From a virus (Duplodnaviria > Caudoviricetes): a stretch of DNA of 64,000 nucleotides. Under the pieces are notes generated by a model. It was not told where the DNA came from, did no database searches, and was given only the letters and a program-made list of their open reading frames with translations. Shown in pieces: positions 1 through 7,614 of this stretch (positions are counted from its first letter, which is position 1; each line of letters starts with the position of its first letter). The stretch spans positions 160,001 through 224,000 of IMG/VR virus record IMGVR_UViG_3300024493_000235. One strand, given 5' to 3'. The position numbers were made by a program, and so were the translations under genes.

Positions 1-1575
1 ATCGTCGTTGGAGAAAAAGTTACACTCGAACATAAATGCTGCGGAACAGTTTTCGAAGCAATTCCAAAAATGATTTTTGAAAATCGAGACTATGTCGATA
101 TATTCGCTCCGTCAAACGGAATGATGCAAATGCCGTATTGCCCAAGATGCAATAACGTCATGGTCAATGAAAACGCAAATTTTGGCGGAATGAAAATGAT
201 AGAGCATTTGCATTTCTTTTTCGACAAAATCGGTAAAGAATTTCCGTATGAATTTCCTGAAGACGATTTATTTAGATTTAGAGCGTACGAAGTTCCACTC
301 GTTATCGCTTGCAAACATTGCAAACACAGATTCCCAATAGCGCCGGAAGAATTATTTAAAATGAGTTTTACAGAATTATCAAAATGCCCGCGATGTCACG
401 GAGTTAAGAAAACCGGTGACATCGCAAAGGATGCAGTTATGCAAGAACAATTCAATCAAGCAAATGTGCATGTGGATAATGGTGTTCCGATACCTCCTCC
501 AATTCCCGACAATCAAGACCAGACAAAACATTTGCCACAAGAGGTCACAGTCGAATCAACACCAGAACCGGTTGGAGTTGGAGTGCCTATTCCTGCACAA
601 AATAACGACGTTCAACCAACTGACGATGTGTCAACAATTCAATCTGAAGAAAACGCCCAAAACGATGAAATAGTTGCAAGGGCTGTACAAGAAGCAAATG
701 AAGCTGTAAAAGAAATTGAAGGTGTTAACGAGTATGCAGAGTTTCAAGCTGATAGTGCGCCGCTTCCTGTAATTGTTGACCAAAACGGAATATACGATTC
801 GATACTTAACGAATCAGGATTATCAGTTGAATACGCAGACGACGGCAATGGTATGCTGAATGATGAAGTCGCAGTCACAGCAGAAGAGATGGAACAGGGA
901 TTCGTATCAACGCTTCCAACAGAAGATGAAGAACCTCAAGAAGACTTGATGCAAAATTCGGAAGATTTTGACAGTAACTATTCGGCAGACTATGTCCCAA
1001 CTGAAGTTGAGACGACAGAAAACGATTTTGCTAATCCTGAAGTGGACCAAAATCAAGAAGATGAATTACTTCAAAATCGAGGTGAGCTTACTCAAGACGA
1101 AGAGATTCCGTTCCAAGAAGATATCACTCAAGAGGATTTAGAATCAACTCGTGAAATTGCAAGCGACCTTTTGGGTGTACCTGAAGGTAACGAAGTTGTT
1201 CCCACTGAAGTTGAATACGCCGAAGAAGAATTTGACGAAAACGAAGGGATACCTGTCGAAATGGACTTAGAAGACGATAACGAATTGACAGATGTTCCGA
1301 CAGAACCGTATAACGGTGAAGAAAACGATTATCAAAATCAGCCAGTTGTATTTGAACAGCCAAACCCCGCCTCATATGCTCAATTTAACGGTGCAAATGC
1401 GAATAGTCAAAACCAAAACAAAGTAGATATTATATCTACAGGTAACTCTAGCAGCGAACAGAGAATTCCCGGTCAAAACGATTTAATGCAAGAAAACAAT
1501 CCTAATGTGAAACCGTATGAACGAACACTCGCCGATGACATACTAGATGCCGCAACCGACGATGTGTATTGGTAA
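1..1575 (+). CDS. Zn-ribbon repeat protein with long acidic low-complexity C-terminus (5' end lies outside the window)
   Basis: Frame is open from base 1 (IVVGEKVTLEHKCCGTVFEAIPK...). Cys clusters HKCC...CPRC and CKHC...CPRC, followed by ~350 aa rich in E/D/N/Q/P. Confidence 0.6.
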   Translation: MVVGEKVTLEHKCCGTVFEAIPKMIFENRDYVDIFAPSNGMMQMPYCPRCNNVMVNENANFGGMKMIEHLHFFFDKIGKEFPYEFPEDDLFRFRAYEVPLVIACKHCKHRFPIAPEELFKMSFTELSKCPRCHGVKKTGDIAKDAVMQEQFNQANVHVDNGVPIPPPIPDNQDQTKHLPQEVTVESTPEPVGVGVPIPAQNNDVQPTDDVSTIQSEENAQNDEIVARAVQEANEAVKEIEGVNEYAEFQADSAPLPVIVDQNGIYDSILNESGLSVEYADDGNGMLNDEVAVTAEEMEQGFVSTLPTEDEEPQEDLMQNSEDFDSNYSADYVPTEVETTENDFANPEVDQNQEDELLQNRGELTQDEEIPFQEDITQEDLESTREIASDLLGVPEGNEVVPTEVEYAEEEFDENEGIPVEMDLEDDNELTDVPTEPYNGEENDYQNQPVVFEQPNPASYAQFNGANANSQNQNKVDIISTGNSSSEQRIPGQNDLMQENNPNVKPYERTLADDILDAATDDVYW

Positions 1576-1790
1576 TACGTAAAACTCTTCTGGAAAACAG
1601 GTTATCTGTGGTATCTCCAAAAACGCTGACTTGACCGGCAGCGTTACACTCAATTAAGCGCGTCATTCATATAACGAGGCTCATGATGTATGAATGCGCC
1701 CACAGACTCGATTGTGGTTGAATGAATAACCACCCCGAAAATAACCAAACGCAGTATAAGCCTGCAATCATTTTTATTAGGAGAAAATTC

Positions 1791-4019
1791 ATGAGTGCAA
1801 ATACGCAAGATCAGAATGTGCCAATTCCGAATGCAGAGCCGACAATGCCAGCAGCTACTGGACCGGCTAATAGCGCAGGAAAAGCACAAGCTGTACATGT
1901 CGGCTCACATGTAGTAGCGCCGAATCCGTCAGCAGGACCTTCGATACCTGGTGGCGGACAAGCAAAAGGCCAACAAGCGGGAGGTGGACAGGCAAGACAA
2001 CAAGCTAGGCCGCAAACACCTTTCACAACAGGTTTCTCCGGTGCACAACCGAGAAATCAACAGTACCAGCAACAACAGATAAATCCAAAGCTGGTACTCG
2101 ACTTCACAAAGTTGCTTCAGTCGAATTCCGGCGATTCGGGCATGTTCAAAATGACCGAAATCGGAATGCTTCTGAACTCCATTGGGAATCAATACGGACA
2201 AGAAGTGACGGAAGTGGAATGGAGTCAAAGTCTCATGACGTGGAAAGCACGTTTGGGACAGTGTGTTGTTTACTTTGTCACAGGGCTTAAGAATAGGGAC
2301 ACACCTGTATTCAAAATTGTTGAACGTGATATGCCGCTTAATCCGTGGACATATTACGCGTATGGAAATCCCCTTACCCAACTTGTCCTTCCGACAGTGT
2401 GGAACGATCAAGGTGATGTGTGCATTTTGATTTACGAAGATGATTTTGAAATGTGCAGACGTGCCTTGGCCTATCATATCGGCAAATGCGCATTCCCGAG
2501 TTTGATAGGGGAAGGCTATATCTCTGAGGATAAATACTTAGGGCCAACAAGCGGGTTCCGCATTATCGACACGAGAATCGAAACGCACTTCAAAGAAGAG
2601 CTGTTAAGGTTCGTTCAAGAAAACCGATTAACGGCCATGGCAATTCCGGCAACGGAAGTTGTGGCTATGACTGTAAGCCAGCAACAAGGCTATGCAGGTT
2701 CATTCCAGTACGGCGGTCAGAATCCGTTCGGTGCTCCTCCATTTGGTGCGCCTCCAACAGGTTTTGGAAATGCCAATCCGTATGGCGTAGGACAAAACGG
2801 CGGGTTTAATATAAATCAGTCGTTTACAGCTTTACCGTCAACGATCGTTTTAGCCGCTGTGAAGTACCATGTGCGTGATGAGGAAGTTCCGGGATATACG
2901 GGACAGAAATTCCACATTGTGCACATCACAGAAATTATCGAGAATCGCCACTTCGTAGTGGAAGGGTTCTTGAAACATTTCATCATGCACTTTGCTCAAC
3001 AAGGGTATCAGATTTCCCTCGATTTAGATTTGAGTAAACTCAGCCAGCACCTCGTAGAACAGATAAAAATGTTCTTCTACGCAAATCCGCAAGATCCGAA
3101 AAGGTTCCACAATCAAATGGCATATATCCATCCGGATATGAAAACCTTTAACAGGATACACAACGATTATTTAACTCCAAAAACATTTTCTGCATTATTC
3201 CCAGATCTCGCCAAGGTTGACAAATTCCCCAAAGCCCTCCAATCCCAAGAAGACAAAGAGCGTTTTGAGGAATTCAAAAGAAGGGCGGGATACATACCGG
3301 TCTTGAGTGTAGGAGATCAGCATCTCCAGCTCAATCCTGCATGCGTACAATCTCTGTATACGGAGTTGCAACAGCGCAGATGGGCCGTGTATCATGGTAA
3401 AACGCTCGAAGAAGCGATCCAAGAATATGAGGAATCGCTTCAAAATCCTCAAAACAATCCGAACGCAGGACAGGCACAAGGCCAACAAAGGCAACAAGGT
3501 TATCAGAATCCAGGATTTAACAATCCGATGTTTGCCCAACAACCACAGTCTATGGGTTTTGGAATGGGGCCTAACTACGGCTATCAGCAAGGGTATGGAC
3601 AACCTCCTTTCCCAGGTCAGCCTCCGATGGGCGGTTTTGCCGCCCCTCCAGGGTATGGCGGATATCCGCAGCAACAACCATTCGGTCAGCCGCCATTTGG
3701 ACAGCAGCCGATGTATGGACAGATGGGATATGGCGTTCCGCCATACGGACAACCTTACCAAGCGCAACCTGATCCGAATATGAAAGGAAAAGGAAAAGGC
3801 GCCCCTCAACAACAGCAATTCCAGCAGCCATACTACTACCAGCAAGGATATGGACAGCCTTATCCCCAACAACCGCCAGGATATTATGGACCGCCGCAAG
3901 GAATGCAACCTCCGGGATATAATTATTACGGAGGACCTCAACCGCAAGGCCTTGCAGGTGGGGCATTCCCATATCAGCCATCGCCTCAACAACCCGGTGG
4001 TAAAGTGTTCGTGAACTAA
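1791..4019 (+). CDS. large protein with prion-like Q/G/P/Y/F-rich N-terminal, internal and C-terminal regions; candidate chimallin-position shell or condensate protein
   Basis: AGGAGA RBS before ATG 1791. Globular core ~aa 100-550; PFG/GQPP/QQGYG repeats; two genes upstream of RNAP beta'. Function is inferred. Confidence 0.55.
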   Translation: MSANTQDQNVPIPNAEPTMPAATGPANSAGKAQAVHVGSHVVAPNPSAGPSIPGGGQAKGQQAGGGQARQQARPQTPFTTGFSGAQPRNQQYQQQQINPKLVLDFTKLLQSNSGDSGMFKMTEIGMLLNSIGNQYGQEVTEVEWSQSLMTWKARLGQCVVYFVTGLKNRDTPVFKIVERDMPLNPWTYYAYGNPLTQLVLPTVWNDQGDVCILIYEDDFEMCRRALAYHIGKCAFPSLIGEGYISEDKYLGPTSGFRIIDTRIETHFKEELLRFVQENRLTAMAIPATEVVAMTVSQQQGYAGSFQYGGQNPFGAPPFGAPPTGFGNANPYGVGQNGGFNINQSFTALPSTIVLAAVKYHVRDEEVPGYTGQKFHIVHITEIIENRHFVVEGFLKHFIMHFAQQGYQISLDLDLSKLSQHLVEQIKMFFYANPQDPKRFHNQMAYIHPDMKTFNRIHNDYLTPKTFSALFPDLAKVDKFPKALQSQEDKERFEEFKRRAGYIPVLSVGDQHLQLNPACVQSLYTELQQRRWAVYHGKTLEEAIQEYEESLQNPQNNPNAGQAQGQQRQQGYQNPGFNNPMFAQQPQSMGFGMGPNYGYQQGYGQPPFPGQPPMGGFAAPPGYGGYPQQQPFGQPPFGQQPMYGQMGYGVPPYGQPYQAQPDPNMKGKGKGAPQQQQFQQPYYYQQGYGQPYPQQPPGYYGPPQGMQPPGYNYYGGPQPQGLAGGAFPYQPSPQQPGGKVFVN

Positions 4020-4058
4020 AAGAGAAAGCAAAGGAAAACTTTATTAATACGAATGGAA

Positions 4059-4090
4059 TGCTGGGAGATTTATTGCTCCCAGCATTTTTT
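4059..4090 (+). terminator. rho-independent terminator
   Basis: TGCTGGGAG...CTCCCAGCA stem followed by a T tract. Confidence 0.75.
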
Positions 4091-4188
4091 ATTTTCTCTA
4101 AAAATTATCAGTTACTCACCTTATGAATTTTTAAAAATAAGAAAATTAAAAACAATGTCTTTAACAAAAATATAAGGAGAGTAAGCTC

Positions 4189-4887
4189 ATGGAACAAAAT
4201 CAAGACACCGAAGTTACAGGAAGTACGAAGAAACGTCTTACTGTGAAATCAACACAAAAAACATCTCATATCGCGAAAAAGGTATATGCGCCTTTTGAGA
4301 TTATGAGACAGATGAAGAATCCAAGTAACTATGATGTAGTTATAATTACTTTGGAAAGATACGAAGATGATGACGCTGTGTATGCGAGAGCCGCAAGGTC
4401 ATTAGTACACGACCTTCCTGGAGAAAATTTAAGAAAAGCAAAAACCTTCACCCTCAACAGGTCGTATGAAGGCGATTACAATGACGACATACTTTCTGTC
4501 GATACATCCGATTTTAAAGTAACCGAATGGTATCCGCCTATGATGAGTACGGCGTTTGATATGATAAGAAAATCGTTGGAAAATATAACAAAGAAATCAA
4601 ACGATTTTCTAGCGATACGAAATATCGAAGGCTTTCCGATAAATGACGCGTTTTGTGTTACAGTAAGTAACAATGAAGAACCTGTGTTTTTCGCCCTTCG
4701 TACGAGAACCCAACTTGTCTTTTTATACGACACGTTCCATACCTGCAAGAAGAAAAATATTTCTGCAGACTCAACTGTCGTTCTTGAATGTCAAAAACTA
4801 TTCCTTGCTTTCTTAAGCGAGGTGACAAAGATAGAAACTGCATACTCGACCTTCGCGCTACGAAATGCGTTAGGGTTACTAAACTGA
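4189..4887 (+). CDS. hypothetical protein
   Basis: 232-aa ORF with AAGGAG RBS. Confidence 0.7.
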   Translation: MEQNQDTEVTGSTKKRLTVKSTQKTSHIAKKVYAPFEIMRQMKNPSNYDVVIITLERYEDDDAVYARAARSLVHDLPGENLRKAKTFTLNRSYEGDYNDDILSVDTSDFKVTEWYPPMMSTAFDMIRKSLENITKKSNDFLAIRNIEGFPINDAFCVTVSNNEEPVFFALRTRTQLVFLYDTFHTCKKKNISADSTVVLECQKLFLAFLSEVTKIETAYSTFALRNALGLLN

Positions 4888-4895
4888 GATTTGAG

Positions 4896-4905
4896 TATAC
4901 ATAAT
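4896..4905 (+). promoter_or_regulatory. putative early/middle phage promoter motif TATA(C/T)AT(C/A)AT
   Basis: TATACATAAT upstream of RNAP beta'; the motif recurs upstream of about 12 genes. Confidence 0.55.
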
Positions 4906-4935
4906 TTTCCCGACTGATAAGGAGAAGAAACAAGA

Positions 4936-6444
4936 ATGGAACTTGCCATTTTTAACATGGAATCTCAGTATCAACAGGATATGAAAACGGGTGTGGGCAT
5001 CGAAATTGACACACCCGTTCCTGTTACTAAGAAGGAAATCATCAGGAATCCTCGTGGCATTTACTCTTCGTTATTTGGCGGAGATATCTCGGATACCGAT
5101 GAATTGCAAAAAAGATATCAGTGTTCTTGTGGAGAAAAAACTGGAAAGTTCCACGAGAGATCAGTCTGTGAGAAATGCCACACCCCGGTCACGTTTCAAG
5201 ACAACGAACTTGAAAAAACAGGTTGGATGAGCCTGTGCGACCCGTACGTATTAATCACTCCGAGGCTTTTTCGGTTCATAGAAAAAGTTTTAAAACCCAA
5301 ACGTCTTGATGAAATGCTAAAGTTCGATCATCGTTTTGATGCTAACGGCGTTATCATTTATGATACCACAGTCGATGCAAAGAATCCGTATGCAAATATC
5401 GGTATAAATGAATTTGCAAGACGCTTCGATGAAATACTTGAAGTGATGGCGGATAAAACAAAGGAACTCGAAATAGCTTTTATTAAGAAGCACAGAGGAG
5501 AAATATTTACTCGTAGAATTCCTGTTTTGAATTTGCTTTTACGTCCGGTTGTATTAATCAGTAATACTACTTTTAATTACGACCCTATCAATATGTATTA
5601 TGCGGAGATGATGAGTCATGTGCATTATATTAATAACAATATTAACAATGAGCACACGCAATCATCGCTTCAGATACTGTACGAACTGCAACGTAAATGG
5701 GTTTCCCTTGATGCTGAAATCATAAAGCAAAAAATAAACGGGAAAAAACATACGATAAGACAATTTGTTCTTGGAAGTAGGGTTAACTTTTCTGCTCGCC
5801 ATGTCGTCGTTCCAAATTTGGACACGGTCAAAATAGATTCTCTTAAAATTCCCTATTATACATTCTGTGAATTTTATAAATTTCACATTATGAATATCTA
5901 CAAAAAGATATATAGGGTTACGGTAAACGAACTTAATGATAGGTGGTACACACTTGTCATGACTCGGGATCCGTCTATTTTGCATATTATCAATATTCTT
6001 ATTAAGAGAACCAAAGGCGGTCTTAGGATGTATGTTAATCGTCCTCCGACTATCGCACTGGGTTCAATTCAAGTCTTTAAAGTGACCGCAATAAACGAAG
6101 ACTTCGACGATTTAACGGCATCTCTTCCGCTTTGTATTTTACCTTTGATGAACTGTGACTTTGATGGCGATTGTCTTTCGTTTATACCTCTTATTGATTC
6201 TATTTTTGCAGATAAAATGCAAAAATATTTTTCATCACAGAGGTTGGTTGTAAATCCATCGACAGGGTTATACAATAGACGAGTGGGACTCATTAAGGAC
6301 CAGTTAGTCGGGTTGTATTCGTTCTGCAACGATTCGTACAGTCCGCAGGACTTCGCAAGCGAAGATGACAAGTTCACGATTATAACTCCGGAAATTTTAC
6401 ATGCCAGGGATATGTGGTACAAACGTAACCGGAGAGCTGCCTAA
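4936..6444 (+). CDS. multisubunit phage RNA polymerase beta' subunit, N-terminal part (probably non-virion RNAP)
   Basis: Zn finger CSCG...CEKC, LRPV, G-S-R-V-N-F-S-A-R, NRPPT, and catalytic NCDFDGD. Confidence 0.93.
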   Translation: MELAIFNMESQYQQDMKTGVGIEIDTPVPVTKKEIIRNPRGIYSSLFGGDISDTDELQKRYQCSCGEKTGKFHERSVCEKCHTPVTFQDNELEKTGWMSLCDPYVLITPRLFRFIEKVLKPKRLDEMLKFDHRFDANGVIIYDTTVDAKNPYANIGINEFARRFDEILEVMADKTKELEIAFIKKHRGEIFTRRIPVLNLLLRPVVLISNTTFNYDPINMYYAEMMSHVHYINNNINNEHTQSSLQILYELQRKWVSLDAEIIKQKINGKKHTIRQFVLGSRVNFSARHVVVPNLDTVKIDSLKIPYYTFCEFYKFHIMNIYKKIYRVTVNELNDRWYTLVMTRDPSILHIINILIKRTKGGLRMYVNRPPTIALGSIQVFKVTAINEDFDDLTASLPLCILPLMNCDFDGDCLSFIPLIDSIFADKMQKYFSSQRLVVNPSTGLYNRRVGLIKDQLVGLYSFCNDSYSPQDFASEDDKFTIITPEILHARDMWYKRNRRAA

Positions 6445-6461
6445 AGGAGATAAAAAGAGGT

Positions 6462-7028
6462 ATGCATAAAAAATACACAATTTCTTTCGATGCCGATAAA
6501 ATACAATCTAAAGCGAACGCTGGCAAAACAATCGGATATTATGCAAAATGCTTAAACAACGTTTTGCAGGATTTACATTTCCCAAAGAAAACTTCACATG
6601 CGGAAAAGAGTGAACAAAAAATTTCTCGTACCGCTTTAAACGACGTAAAGAAAAACGTAGATGCGTTACTTGAGATTAAATATCCAAAACGTATAACAAT
6701 CGAAATATTTCAAGAGATGCAGGATAACATTGTATCTTCAATAGTGCAGCTTATGAAAGTATATGCAAATCTTGAAAACGATTACACGCTTGACAGTTAT
6801 TCGAAAAATGAGTACAACGATCCATTATCTAAAGTCTATAACGTTCATGCTGACGGTCAGACAAAAATGATCGAAGAAGCTTCAATGCATTCTCCTGAAC
6901 CGTATCATAATCCTGAAGATGAAGACTTCGACGATTATGATGACGATGACGAAGACTTTGATGAAGATCTTGATGATCCTGTTGATGAAGACAGAGACAT
7001 CGACGATGACGACTTTGACGATGATTAA
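6462..7028 (+). CDS. hypothetical protein with poly-Asp C-terminal tail
   Basis: 188 aa; last ~35 residues are mostly D/E. Confidence 0.7.
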   Translation: MHKKYTISFDADKIQSKANAGKTIGYYAKCLNNVLQDLHFPKKTSHAEKSEQKISRTALNDVKKNVDALLEIKYPKRITIEIFQEMQDNIVSSIVQLMKVYANLENDYTLDSYSKNEYNDPLSKVYNVHADGQTKMIEEASMHSPEPYHNPEDEDFDDYDDDDEDFDEDLDDPVDEDRDIDDDDFDDD

Positions 7029-7115
7029 TTTAAATCTGTAGAGGGAGAAATCCCTCTACATAATTTTTATTTGAGAATAACAGAAAAACATTTGAATAGA
7101 CAAAAGGAGGAATTT

Positions 7116-7598
7116 ATGAATCCGTTATTCCAATCGTGCATATCAAATATACGATACAAAGCAGATTTTGAAGGAATAAATGATCCTGTAAAGTTTCATT
7201 CAAAACACGCATGCAGTTTTGATATTCAATCTGCTAAAGATTACGACATTTGGTTTGGAAAAGTAGTCATTGTTGAGACAGGACTTCATCTTGAGATACC
7301 GTTGGGATTTGAAGCGTTAGTTCGTGGAAGATCCGGTCTTGCATCAAAGGGAATTCAACCATATGGAGGTATAGTTGACAGCGATTATACAGGGGAGATA
7401 AAAGTACTTTTATCTTGCTGCAACTTGGAGTTTACACCAGAGAAACCTTTTCACATTGTAAAAGGCGATAGAGTCGCTCAATGTGCATTTAAGAAAGTAT
7501 GTTTTTTAAGTGATACAAGTGAAATGACTTTTGAAAAAGTTGATGTATTAAAAGAAACCGAAAGAGGCGAAAACGGTTTAGGTTCCACAGGGAACTAA
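7116..7598 (+). CDS. dut: trimeric dUTPase
   Basis: Motifs GRSGLA, GIVDSDYTGEI, GDRVAQ, RGENGLGSTG; AAGGAGG RBS before ATG 7116. Confidence 0.95.
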   Translation: MNPLFQSCISNIRYKADFEGINDPVKFHSKHACSFDIQSAKDYDIWFGKVVIVETGLHLEIPLGFEALVRGRSGLASKGIQPYGGIVDSDYTGEIKVLLSCCNLEFTPEKPFHIVKGDRVAQCAFKKVCFLSDTSEMTFEKVDVLKETERGENGLGSTGN

Positions 7599-7614
7599 AA
7601 GGAGATACAACTGT

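Noticed and set aside
3195-4031. 278-aa minus ORF and other alternative-frame ORFs over the Q/P/G-rich tail
   Set aside because: By-products of low-complexity codon usage; no RBS
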